In this document: piece by piece, positions 9,989 through 23,225 of the stretch
Position numbering within the stretch: position 1 is the stretch's first letter
Layout of the letters: each line of letters opens with the position of its first letter
Assembly (NCBI GenBank): GCA_965202585.1
Contig: OZ241828.1
Coordinates: 72,726,001 to 72,790,000, forward strand
Direction: 5' to 3'
Length of the DNA stretch: 64,000 bases
Source: Thalia democratica
Lineage: Eukaryota
Position numbers and translations under genes: made by a program
The notes under the pieces: model-generated
The model's database searches: none
The model's input: the letters and a program-made list of their open reading frames with translations, nothing else
Told to the model about the DNA's origin: nothing

Positions 9989-12900
9989 GTTTTTTAAATT
10001 AAGTTCTGTAATAAACAAAAACATTAATATTTGTTAATTTCTAAGGTGTTAAGTTTTAGGAAAATTACTTAGTTAAAAGTAAAATAGGTATAAAAGTATA
10101 ATTGTAAAAACGTTTTTGTTTTTCTTTTAAAAATATTTACTAACAAATACAAACTAATTTGATTTATATACTTACGCTAATCAAAAACTACATGTAAAGT
10201 AACACAACACTTAATAATTCTTATGGTTACAAAAAGTACTATAAAAGTGGTCACAAAATTAAAAAAAAAAATCCCACAATATTCACAACAATAAATTTAA
10301 TATTTAAGTTAGAATTGCTTCCTTAAAAATACTAGTTCATGCAAATAAGTGATCATAAAAACAGTATCATTAATAGTACTTGTAACTTAAAGTTTAAAAA
10401 AAAGAAAATTATCCTATTTAAATGTTTCAAAATAAATAAATAAGGAAAGCTACGTGTTGTACTAAATTATTTTTCCAAAAATAAAGCCTTATAACTCATA
10501 TATTTATATTTATATTTAAACCAAGTTTTCAATAAAATTCAACGCCGCGCAAATGCACACCTATAAATCAATAAAAACAAAACTGAAATAAAAATCAATG
10601 TCTAACTTATCCACTATGTAAATGGATATGGATCGAAAAAAAATTAGATGCGCAGCGTGTTTGTATATCAATTTTGCAACAACTCTATAAGTTAAAAAAA
10701 TAAAATTTTAAAAGAATTACTAAAAAAAATTATAAAACAGATAGTAAAAAATATTGAAATAACTTTAAACTACTTTTAAAATGTATAATTCAAAAAGGAT
10801 CTAGATGGTAATAAGTAATAGTAAATGGTAGAAAATAGTAAATAATAAAAGGATAACTGTTTTAAAACATTTTTTTAGTTGTTTTGATTTTATTCGTTAA
10901 ATTTAAACTTATATCGCTCACTAATAAAAAAAACAAAAAACAGTTTTTCAACTCAAAAACTCAACTGTTTCCAATAAAAAACAAAAAACTAAACTTATAC
11001 AACATTCGTCGTGAGCTGGTCAATAAGTTCACGGCAATCAATTTAAACAGGTTTATTTTTATCGTTCGTAAGTAGCAACCATATTTCGTTTGAACTGCAT
11101 GGCATATGCCGACTAACAATATTGACTTTTTTCTGAACTTTGAGTCAGCATAACTTTTTTCAATACTATCTCTCGAATAACATAAAGTTTTTCTTTTGAT
11201 CTCTCGTTTTGTTTTGACTTGCAAGAGTTGATAGGCAAATATCGAAAAAAAAACAGATTTTCATCTGCAATTTTTCAATAAAGATTTATTTTCAGATTTA
11301 TTAGATTTATTTATTTATTATTAGGACAACGGTGAAATCAATTTAAGGCTTATAAAGCTAGAAGAAAGTATTAATAATAAAAATATGGTTGTAATTTTAG
11401 ACCACTTTAACAATTTTTGTTTGTTTATAACACAAAACAAGCTTTTGATGATTCGTATTTTATCTTTTACGCATAAAATAGATGAAAGGTATAAAAAATT
11501 AAACACAGTTTTGTTATCTGTTTTTGATAACAGTAAGTATTTGCCTGAAGTGATTTAAAATAGTTTCACAGAATTAAACTTTATTCGCAGAATTAAAAGG
11601 AATTCTTTCTATTACAGAAAAAGTGTTTATTAATTAACGAAATGGTTAAGCTTAATAAAATAAAATAACAGGCTTCACAGTAATTCCAGAAACACAGTTT
11701 GTCTTATAACAGTTTAAAATATATACTAGTTACAAACTGTGATGCTTACAATTATGTTGCTGAAATCTTATTTCTTTTTTTTTTTAGAACAAGCTTCTAA
11801 AGGTTTCGACATACAAATAGTCATAAAATAAGTTATATAAATGTTCATAAAATGCTTCACATGTTCTAATTTAAATATCAAATTTTTGTAACAAATGTTT
11901 AGTTTGTTAATTATAATTGTTATATTATTGATTCTGTAAAATTTTTAGTTTGTTAAAATTCATTACTTTAGTATATAAAACAAAACTGACTTTCAGACTG
12001 ACTTAAATAGTAGTTTTGATATGTTTTATAAAACATTAGTTGTACAAAAAATTATGCTAGCACTGAAGCACTCTCAAAATAAAAAAATAGTATGTACATC
12101 AAAGTTTTTGCTACAACTTAGGTTTATAGTTACATCACAAAAAAATTTCAAACAAAGTAAATTATGTTCAGTTTTATGAATTAAAATAAGGTATGTTTAA
12201 GCTGCTGATTTATTTTACTTAAAAAACGCATTTGTAGGAAAGCTTTTATTTCAAAATAAAACCGGCAGCAACGACTTGTATTCGCCTTAATGCGAATTTC
12301 ATGTATAAAGACATGTATAGATTTTCAAAAGGTTTTTTTTAAATTAATTGTGGCATGGGAAGTACTTATTAGATAGAAAACTTAGTATACCTGTAAGTAT
12401 TTCAAATTTTCAAGTCTGAAACACGTTGTAAAGAACTACTAAGCTGTAGTATATTAGTAAAATTACAGTCTTGCGTATTTCATTAAAATATCTAAAAATT
12501 AAATTTTATAAAAACATCTAAAGAAAATTTTTACTTGATTTTTTAATAACTGTTTGATGAGCACAATATGAATTGATAACTTTAAAACTATTTGTTTATC
12601 TTATTTTTTTATTTTTTTGAAACAAAAAAACAAATTAAACGCTTACAACTTAAACATAAAATATTACGGTTAAAATAAATATATATTTTTTTAAGTTTCA
12701 TAAGTAATAAAGAACTTAAACAAAATGCTACGATAACAGAATTTTTACTGTATTTTCTTTACCGTTACCAGTCATAGCTGAAACTATTTTTGATAACCTT
12801 TTTTTTTTGTAAAATAACCTCACTAATTCGTTTATAAATGAGAAAACTTTATAGTTTAAGTACGTATGAAAAACTTTTATAATTTGATTTTGTTTTAGTA

Positions 12901-15900
12901 GGTTATTCGAAATCCACTTTTTACATACCCTTGTTTAAAATTTATGTATGACTTAGATATTTTTATAACATATTGTTGTTATTATTACCAAGAATATATA
13001 TACCAAAATAACTTCTTGATTTATTTATATGTATTTAAGGCAATAGATTATTCATTTACATTTTGTCAAACTAACAAATTACTTACTTTATTTTTATAAA
13101 TCTAGTAATTATTGTTTTCGTTTTACTTTATATTATACAACAAAACCTTTCTAAACAATTCAAACCTATTTAATCTTACATTACGCCAAAAATAACGTAT
13201 GCAAACTACGAATAGATTTTGAACGTTTTTCATCGATCAAAGTTGTTTGTCAAAATTGTCACAATATTTCTTACTAACACTTGGAGTTCATATTATTCGC
13301 CTGAAAGCTTCAATCAGATGTTGTTTTTGTTTTTCTATAGTTTTTAAATATATTTAAATACAAAGAGGTTCGTTACAAAAATCTGTAAACAAATTGAAAA
13401 GTTATGTATCTAACTACTAAACAATGTCATATTACTATAGTAAGATAACATACCTTTTCGAAACAAAATTATTTAGATAAAGTCAGTTAGCGTAGACAAA
13501 TATAAATCAATATCAAATAAAATTCTTTGTTGTATTTTCACAGTTCTTGAAATTTTCTCATGGTTTGTTAATTAAGTTGTTGGCATATTAGTGTTACGTA
13601 CTTAAAACTTCAAGAGGGTAAATTAATTGTAACTTGCATCTTGAATAAGACGAGTTGAAACTATTTGATATTTATGATGTTATTTATGATGCTAGAACTT
13701 ACTATGCTGTTTTTTTGACTTATTATGTAACTCTTGGAAGTAATTTATTATAATTTTAAATACTTTTTAATACTCATGATACAACTTTATTACTTTAGGT
13801 ACTGTTTAAAGTAAGAAAACTTTTACAAGCAACTCTAATCAAAACACTGATTAGTGTATTTTTTATAAATTAGTGTTAGTGTGAAGGAACTAAGTTTTTT
13901 TACATTTAAGTAGTTACTAATTTTAAGTACATTCTGGCTGGAAACAACAGTTTTCTTCAAATGATTTTTTTATTAATTTTAATTTTACAATTTACTATAT
14001 TACATTTAACATTACAATCTACAGTCTTAACTAATATTGATGTCAGCCTTAGACGGTACTAAGTATTGTACGTTTAAAATAATGTTTAAATAAGATCAAA
14101 ATAATGCTTACCTCTCCTAATGTGTTTAGTAATTTCGAAATTTTAAGACAATTAAAACTTGATAAAAATTTATCATTTAAGATATTTGACTTTGTTTACT
14201 TTTTGTTGATAAAGTAGCATACTGTGAAGCTTCATAAACAGTTCAGTTAAAATGTATAAATCGGAATTAAAGTTTTTATCGTGAAATACTAAATAAATAA
14301 CAAATATATTAAATTGTTATTTCATTCTTATTTAAGAACATTCGTGAAATCAGAATAATAATTTAAAATATAACTATACAAAAAAAGTAGACTAATTTAC
14401 CATGCAAACTGCTATTAATTATTAAAATTAACGATCAGTATACATCTTGCTCTTGGAGTAAGTTTTAAAATAATAATTTTACAGTAAATTGTTTTGGTTA
14501 CTGTTTGTTGCAATATTTACTTTTACTTAGTATTTTGTTTATTGTTTATTTATAAATAAACTGTTTTGTAAACCAAACTTTCACTACGTAGCTTTTTGAT
14601 GACAAAAATCGTTTTAGTTACGAAGTTTGCCCCTGTTACGAACTAGAAATCATGTATTTGTCCACTTTTATTAAACTATGCACTTATTGCTTTCTACGCT
14701 TTAAATTTTGAATTTATAATTTTAGATACTTTTATCTGTAGTGTGGTACTGATTATAATTTAATTAAAATAATGCTTCACGATAAGAAAGTTGCTTAGAT
14801 CGTGTTAAGTAATTATGAAGGTTATATGGATAGTATTTTATCAACGTTTACAAAAGTTTGTAAATAGGTTAGGTTTAACTTGTTTTCAAAACTATGTAAA
14901 TTTTTCTTTTCAATTTTTAGACATTCAGTGATAAAACGTACAATATTCTTTACATTGTATCCTTAATATTTGGTATGATAAAAAGAAGTTAGCATATATC
15001 TCTTCAAAAATTTAACACAAATGATACTAAACCTACACATTTATATTAAGAATTACTACTTTTTACTTTCTTAACTATAATTTCAACAAAATTTAATATT
15101 GTTTATTCTATTTTTTATCTATTAAATAAAGACTCGCGCAAAGTACAATATGACGTATACTTAAGAATACTTTTTAATTATTTAAAAAGTTATTTTTTTG
15201 TGAAAACTATTGGAATAATAATGTTTTCTTATATAATTGACTTTTATTGATTACAACTAGCTTCAAAATATTTTGATCTATTAACAAAACAGTTAAATAT
15301 AATTATATGTTTGTGTTTATTTAATTGCATTGATAAACATTTGATTACTGGCTTAAAATTTTTTATTTGTTTAAACAAACTCATAAAAACCTAAGAATTT
15401 TGTATTGTTTACCTTTTAGTGCTGATACAATAGTAAAATTAATTATAGGCGTTACAGACTTTTTTCTGTGACTTTTTACTCAATGTTTAAAAAGAGAGAG
15501 AGAGATTTAACTCAAACTTGTGTTTAGTTTATTTCATTAGTTCGAAATCAAGTGATCTATAATAAATTAAAACTGGTTTATAACATTAATACCAGTTAAA
15601 TACACTTACAACCAGTTTATTTACTCTCAGTATAAATCTTTAAATCATATGATATGTTTTAAGTTTATTTTAAAGTTTTAAAAGTTATATTTAAACTTAT
15701 GTTACTTCAAAAATGTTTTACGTTTGATGTTTTAACATTTTCTTTTATAATTTAACTATATGTCACTTTATCAGACTTTATATAATCTAAATAAATGATA
15801 TCTTATACCGTTCCTAATTAAGAAAAAAATTCAAGTCTTACTTTATCGTTCAAAGTACGTTAAAGTAACTGACTAGTAAAATATAAGATAAATAAATTGT

Positions 15901-17234
15901 TTGCGGTATCTCCTATTGGTGCAAATCATTATTGATGGGCTAGAAATGTTAAAATCATGAAGTTTAATATCCGCTTTAACTTTAATACTGCACGTGCACT
16001 AAATTTTGTACACTAAAATTACAAACACAACATTTAATATTTAGACTTATGCAATTTTAACAATGTTTAGATAAAACTAAATACATAAGGGTTAAAACTT
16101 ATTGTTTTTTTTATTTTAAGAACTATTTATTATTTATAAAATACTCAAAAGAAAAAAAAATAAAGGTGCAAAATTATAAGGGTGCGTTGTATCAATATTT
16201 GTAAACAAAAGCTTTAATTGGTGTTCATAACTTGTTATGGCACAATTACGTTTTAAGCAATTTATTATTACACTTTGGGTTTGTGTGTACTAAATTACTA
16301 TTTTCTTAAACAACAAATACTCTTTTGTTAACTTTGAGTTGTTATTTTATTATAATTTCTAAAAAATTTTCAAGTGTTTGAACTATTGAAGCAGTTACTA
16401 AACGTTTACATGTACATTAAAAAAGAATGGGAAAATTAAGTTTTTAGAACATTACAAAAATTCAAACTGTATACAATACAGACATGTATTTCGTATACAA
16501 ATTTTGTTCAATGTATCTTACATATAGACAGTTTGCTACTAACTATTATCTACTAAGTTCTAAACTGTAGCTAGTTTTAAAGTTATGTAAAAAAAATGTA
16601 TACTTGTTATTGTGAGTTTGTTAGTCCGATATCGTAAGTATTTTAAAAGGTTTTAATTTGTTAAAGCTTTCAAATACTATAAATAAAGTCATCATAAAAG
16701 TATTACTTTATAGATTTCTGTATAATAACATGTGTAATCGCTTATTAACATTACTTTTGCATTTTGCTTGATTAAGAGAGTCGGATTTTATACAACAAGT
16801 TTTTTCATACTCTGTTATAACAAAATCTACGTATGTTTAAACTCGTCTTATTTGTAGTCAAACTAAAAAGGAGTTAAAGAATCTAAAAAATTAGATCGTG
16901 TAAAAATTTTTTAACTAAATAACTAAAATGTATGCAACACAAGCTTACGACCTAAAGTCAGGAGCAACAGTAAACAGATACTTCCAAAAACAAAACAATA
17001 ACTAGTAATAAACAGTTTTATGTTTGAAAAGGAGTACTTTTGGCTAATGCGGAAATAGAAGTAACTTAATGTAAAAATCGGTTCCGTTTAACCTTTAATA
17101 CCTTTTAAGTCTTGCACACTTTCATGGTAGAAAAAAATGTCTGAAAACTGAAATAAAAACTGTTACGTCAAAAAGAAGACAAATTACAACAATTCATTTT
17201 AAAACAGACATTTTAAGAAATAATTACCAACAGT

Positions 17235-17460
17235 TAATCAGATAAGTTCGTTAATTAACCTCCAGTTACTTGTTAACTGTAAAGCCAACCATTCTTACAC
17301 ACGTGGGCTATTATTACGTCATAATTAGTATTAATTACGCTCAACGTTTTGTTACCACAGGAAACGAAACCCAATTTTTGACCAAAGTTGTTTCAGTTGC
17401 CGAGTTCACTGATCTGTAAAGTTGTTTTTATTAGGTTTTTGCTTGTTTTCGTCTTTGCAA
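17235..17460 (+). promoter_or_regulatory. CRE + X-box cassette copy
   Basis: TTACGTCA 17314-17321, GTTACCACAGGAAAC 17351-17365. Confidence 0.5.
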
Positions 17461-18753
17461 AAATAAAATTTATAAAAGAAAAATTTAAGTTTCTGATGTA
17501 AGTAAAATCTTATGTTTTAGTAACCAAAACTGTTTAAGTAGGTACTTTTGCCACGGAGAAATGTATTGAAAATATACTTCGTTTAACATACGTCTTTTAA
17601 CGACATAATAAGCTTTTTAGGTTCAAACAAATTTATAATGTTTACATATTCAAATATTAAGAAGATTGTAACACTGTTAAAAATATTTAGAAGATTTTTT
17701 TACAAACGCTTCATATAAATATTTTTTAGTTTCTGTGTGGCATTACAGTATAAAAAAACTATATTATTTTTTTTAAGTTGCAATAAAATTATATCATATG
17801 AAACTAATTTGTTTACAAAGCATTTCATTGGTCTACAAATGTCAATTTAGATAAATTATCAATTTTGAAAATATGTAGGATTTTGTCGAAATCTATATTA
17901 ATATAAACAAGAAACACATAAATGTTTATAGTGCAAAACTAAACTTCTACTACTTTATAAGTTACAGGTTCTTTTACAAAATTCAGATTTTACGTTTAAA
18001 AAATTATTGTTTTTTTTTGTTATGACTTCTAAATTACAAGGATTTGTAACCTAATAAAAAAAATTCATCTCAGATTGTATTTAAATTGGTAGTATAAGCA
18101 AGTCAAAAAATTTAAAAAAATCCTAGAACTTATAAAGTTCCACTTTTTAACAAAATACTCAATACAATTTTTTTTAATTAATTAAAATGTTATTAAATCG
18201 TATTAAACTGCTGTAAATTACAAAAACTTACTACTGTAGTATTGCTATTTATAACTTTTAAAAACTTTTATTAATACTTGTTTTACTTGTTTGTTTCATA
18301 AAATTTTTCTATATCACCATGATCGTCGGAAAGGAATATTAAAATAACGTTTTTTTAAGATTCATCGTTGACAGTTAAGAATTTAAAAATAGTAATTAGT
18401 AGGTGTATGAAAAATGTTTGTGTTGTTTATGTGCTTGTTTATTTTCAGCACAAATACTTAATCAATCTGAACTTACTTTTTGTGTTCTACAGTTTAAAGC
18501 ATAGGTTTTTGAGATTATATAATTAAAAACTAATTGTTATTCTGTACCTGTTTTTTAAACTATATGTTTCTGTGAGTCAAAAAATTAAAATTAAATATAT
18601 AAAATATAAGTACTTATAAGTTTTCAAAACTAAATGACTTTTATTTACAAACTTTAAAACTCACTTTGTAGATTTAGTTCTAAAAACTTTTCTGTGAATA
18701 TTTGACAGATATGCACAGCTTATAAAATTTAGTTGTTATAAGTTACTCTAAAC

Positions 18754-18963
18754 TAGTGATGTACCAGACTCACTTTCCGGGTCCGGATCCGGCCGGATAT
18801 TGCCATTTTTGCCTGATATCCGGATCCGGCCGGATCTTGATATGAAAAAAAAAAACCGGATCCGGTTCTGGCCGGATTCTAATTTGAAAAAAAAAGTCCG
18901 GATCCGGTTCCGGCCGGATCCTTATTTGAAAAAAAGTCCGGATCCGGGTCCGGTACATCACTA
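18754..18963. mobile_element. hAT-type MITE with GGATCCGG-rich palindromic interior
   Basis: TIRs TAGTGATGTACC...GGTACATCACTA; flanks CTCTAAAC/CTCTAAAA form an 8-bp TSD (7/8 match). Confidence 0.9.
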
Positions 18964-19070
18964 CTCTAAAATCATACTTTTCTTAAACAATACTAATATG
19001 TTTTTACGAAAACCTCTTCATTAATTACTGGTCTTAAAAACTTTTTTGTTAATAGGTTCAGTTATAATTA

Positions 19071-19918
19071 CAGAGCATATTCACTTATCCGGACATAATT
19101 GGCAAGATTTTTCTGTAGACATGGCTGAATAAGCATTTTCCGGTTAAGTAAAAAACAATTGTTTTCATAAAATAATATATCTGCTGTGTATAATGCAATG
19201 CATAATAAACAATTAAAGGCCAGCCCATGTTTTATCTGCTTTAAACTCTTCTTCACTTTTACAAAATGTCGTACAAAGTCAACCGACCTGCCTATGCTAA
19301 ACTGCTTCATAATAAAAGACTTTGGCACATTGTTTTTTACCATTTTACAAGCTTCTAGTTTATTTAAAATTTTTGAACAACTCGTTTTATTTATTTTTGA
19401 TATCTTGTCCATTTCTACAACCAGGTAAGTTGAGTGCGTCAAATTTGTATAATTTACAAATAAAAACAAATAAAAATGTTTAAGATGCATCTCATCTTAA
19501 ATAAAAATTGTTTGAGTTAAGTTAATAAAACATAAAATAAACGTTTGACATTAACCTTTTTAAAAAGCTTAGAATCTGATCAACTATCAAAAAACTTTTA
19601 AAGTTTAAATAACAAACTTTGAGTCATATTTTAAATATTTTATTGAATTTTTTTACAAAACTGACTCATTTACATACAAAGGTTTTTGATAACTAAACTG
19701 ATTTCAAAAACGTTTGAATGTAAGCTTTAGTAGTATTACTACGTTATAATGATGAACTTTTTAAAGCTTTCTTACAGCATGAAAGCAAAAATAATTTCAT
19801 CTCACAAAATGTTTGTGTCTAATACTGAAATATTTGAATTTTCTTCTTGACTGAAACTGTACGCATAAGTAAGCGTCCGGAAAGTAGTGAAGTCCGGATA
19901 GGTGAATAAGAACTTTTG
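19071..19918 (-). mobile_element. pogo/Tigger-like (Tc1/mariner superfamily) internally deleted transposon
   Basis: TIRs cagagcatattcacttatccggac / gtccggataggtgaataagaacttttg with TA on both sides. The internal minus ORF fragment KLEACKMVKNNVPKSFIMKQFSIGRS resembles the HTH-psq/CENP-B N-terminal domain of pogo transposases. Confidence 0.8.
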
Positions 19919-20491
19919 TATAGGCAGCAGTTTATAAGCAGCTTGAGGTTTTTAAAATCAGCCTTAGTGTGTTAAAAAGTGATATAAGTATCATAAGTCA
20001 TTAAATAAGTAACATTTCAAAACTTTTTTGAAATACTCTGGTATTTATTGAAATTTTGCTACTATATCATCATTCACTAATCAGAAGATAATCGCATCAT
20101 GAAAAAAACACATGTATTAAATTATTTGTTCTTTGAATAGTTTTATAAATAAACTGTACTCTTAGTGATGAGACAATTTTATAGAAAATAGTTTTACTTT
20201 ATAATTTATATTCCGTAAAAATAACAAAAACACAAAAAAAATTAAGACGAATTAAGATTTAAAAAAAATATGTCTTTCTTGTCACTTAAAATTTTTTGTA
20301 AATTAAATATGTCACTATTTTCTAAATAGTTTCTAAAGTGCTACTAAACATATACTCGAAAGCAATAAATTGGAAATTTTTAAATTCCAAAATTAATAAA
20401 TAGTAGATTATTATTAATATGGCATTATAGTTTTATGATAAACTAATAACGTATATAAATATATTCATATTTAAGTACAAAAAACCAATTA

Positions 20492-20546
20492 GTTTTCGAA
20501 TTTTTTACGCATTTTCAATGCGTTTAGCATATCATCAGAATGAAAA
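20492..20546 (-). ncRNA. Highly degenerate hammerhead-like motif
   Basis: CTGATGA-T-ATGC(taaac)GCAT-T-GAAAA-TGC-GTA; the core is intact but the stem II closing pair and stem III are mutated. Confidence 0.3.
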
Positions 20547-20691
20547 TAAAAGTTTAATAGCAAGTTATTGAATAGTAACAAAGTTACACATAATGACATA
20601 TTAAACAAATTTGAATAAAAATCGGTAGCTTGTTCTAAAACCAACGTATACAAAGGTTAATTTATAGCGTGTTTTTATTGCTGTTTTTGTT

Positions 20692-21118
20692 GGGAATGAG
20701 TCAAAATTGCACGAGAGGTCACTTTTAGAATAGGTGTCATTGGTGCACGAAGACAAATTTGCACGGGGATCACTTTTGGACGAAGGGTCATTTTTGTACG
20801 AGAGTAAAAAAATAATTAAAGAAGAGTGAAATAATAAAAAAAGAAAAGATTAATAAAAAAAAGAAAAAATATATTAACCGACGGTAAAGGTTAGGGGTAA
20901 CAATGAAAGTAAGGATAAAAATGAATTAACAATGATTATAAACAAAATAAAAAACAACTAAAAAAAAGGTAAATTTACTAATAAAAAACAGAAAAAGTTA
21001 CCAACCGATGGTTAGGGTTAGGGATAACAGTGATAGTAAAGATAAAATATTCAAAAAACTTTCAACCAGTGCAAAAGTGACTCTTCGTGCAAAAGTTTCC
21101 CTTGGTGCATATACCTAC
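20692..21118. mobile_element. GCACGA-subrepeat MITE with internal TTAGGG-like repeats (copy 1)
   Basis: Left gcacga arrays, right tcgtgc arrays, interior ggttagggttagggataacagtgatagt. Confidence 0.8.
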
Positions 21119-23004
21119 TAATTTTTTATTGCTTTTTTTGTTTTTTTTTTGTTCATATTTTGGTTATGAAGGCAAGGTTGTTTTTGTTATTTATTTTAAT
21201 TAGCAACGATTATTTTTTAATTCTTTCACTATAGTACTTTTCGGGGCTAATCAAATTACGTGTTTTGTAGTTTTTTGGTTGTGTTTTTTTCTGCATATCA
21301 TTTTTAATTTTTAATATTTTAGTTTTTTTTCGCGTCTTTTAGTTCCCGTATGTAAATTGATAGTTAAGTGCTATGTATTTTTAATTTGTTGTAAAAATAT
21401 AAAATAGTAGTTACTGTACCTATTTTTGTTAATCGTACTACTTAAACCCAAATAAACTTTGTTGTGCTAATTTGTTTATTATAGCTCGGTAAATTAGGTT
21501 GCTTGCTAACCCGTTACTGTCTAAAGAGTATTTTCGTTCATGCGAATGCAGCTTTCTTGCTGTTTGAGGCTTAAAAAGTCTAAGATTTTGTTATATTGGT
21601 TGAGAGTTTTTGTTTTAAAATTTCCATGCAGCTATGAAATTATTTTTGGTTTCCTCTTAAAAAATAATGGTAAGAAAGGTTTGTTTCAAATCGTTGGCTC
21701 ATAGAATCAATTCAAAAACTAGTTGTTTTTTGTAATACAAGTATTAATTTATGGTTTTGCATCGAGAACTTTGATATTAGTTATTTAAAAAACCAATTTC
21801 ATATATATGTTTTTAATATAAAATTAAATAAAGAAGAATATGTCGAAAATGTTAATTTTTATCAGCAGTTTCAGTACTAAACCTTTTTAATGACATATAA
21901 ATTAATTTGAATTATTTATACAAGTTTAATACTCATTTAATAAGTTTAATTACTCGCAAAATTAATTAATTTTGTAAACAAAGTAATTGATAACCGTCTG
22001 AGCATTTTACTAAATTTTTACAAAGTTTTTTAAAGTAGTTTACTACACTATAGTACGCTGATTTTAAACCAAAAAAGATTTTGCTTATTCTCACTGTTTA
22101 TCAAAATAAAATTAAAAGCTTATAACTTTTTCTGATATCTTATAATCAAGTTTTTTATATCAAAATATTTGATAATGGACCAAAAAAAATTACCTTCTTA
22201 ACATACTAAATTTTTCAACATTTATAGTTTAGACTTAAGAACAACAACAAATAAAAGGAAAATTTTTACTGACCGTTCTATGTACTTTAAATTAATTTAA
22301 TGGAAAAAAAAATAATGAACGATCTTTTATTAAAAAAGTGAAATTGATGATTTTAAAACGTCAAAATATGAAAGTTTAATATCCGTATTAAATTAATAAT
22401 GGCTCGCGTAAAAGTTTTTGTAAACAAATTGTAGTACAACGAAAAAGTACAGATTTACCGCTTATTAAACAAAAAAAAATATTTTTCTACTAAGTGTTCT
22501 AAATTTAATTTTGGTTATTTTTAAACTTAGAGTTGTGATAACGAGAAAAAAATACAATTAATTAATATTTTTTGAAAAGCTCATTATAATATTTAAACTT
22601 ATTTTCAAAAGTTTTATGTACACACTATAATAAATCTAATAATTCTATAGGCATAGAAAAAATAATTATAACATAACCTTATAATTAAAACTACAGACAT
22701 TTATAAAAAGATTAATCTAAATATATTTAAACTGATTGCCCGAGTGTAAGTTTATGCTATTATTATTTTTTTAGATTTAAGTTTAAAACTGAAAATTTAT
22801 ACTAAGCTATACATTGTAAATAAAATCTATAAAATTTCTTTAATTGTGTCTTTAAATTAATAACAAAAATAGTTAATTATAAACTAAAAGTGTAAAATTA
22901 TACTCGATACTCACTAAAGGTACTTCAAAATCTACTGTTTATTACACATAAACTTAAATACTAAATAGTTCTACAAAAACAAAGAAATTAGTTGTAAATA
23001 CATC

Positions 23005-23225
23005 CATTTAATCACATAAGTGATTCAATAAACCGGTGATTACTTGATTAATCTGTAAATTAACCATTATACATTTTACTTTATTTTCGAATTGATTCTT
23101 ACGTCATAATTAATTGCTTCGGCGCGTGACGTTTTGTTACCACGGAAACGAAACCCGATTTTTGACCCGGCTACTGAGTTTATTGAACTGTAACGTTATT
23201 CTTCTTTATTCGGTTTTATTTGTTT
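23005..23225 (+). promoter_or_regulatory. CRE + X-box cassette copy
   Basis: TTACGTCA 23099-23106, GTTACCACGGAAAC 23136-23149. Confidence 0.55.

Larger units (their letters stand above)
15900..20300 (+). repeat. Older duplication unit U1, interrupted by the hAT MITE and Tigger insertions
   Basis: aagtttaatatccg (15960; cf. 22370, 33835), CRE/X-box cassette 17235-17460, ctgctgtaaattac (18208; cf. 26399), cagcagtttataagcag (19925; cf. 27000, 36862). Confidence 0.7.

Noticed and set aside
10961-11224. 87-aa minus ORF or a separate gene upstream of TSPEAR
   Set aside because: Non-ATG start and no homology signal; it may be promoter or 5' UTR sequence but cannot be supported as coding.
18770-19024. 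ORFs 18770-18961 (-) and 18800-19024 (+) with RIRPDPD repeats
   Set aside because: They are translations of the palindromic GGATCCGG MITE interior.
21011-21025. Telomere or interstitial telomeric array
   Set aside because: Only 1-2 TTAGGG units, embedded in MITE internal repeats.
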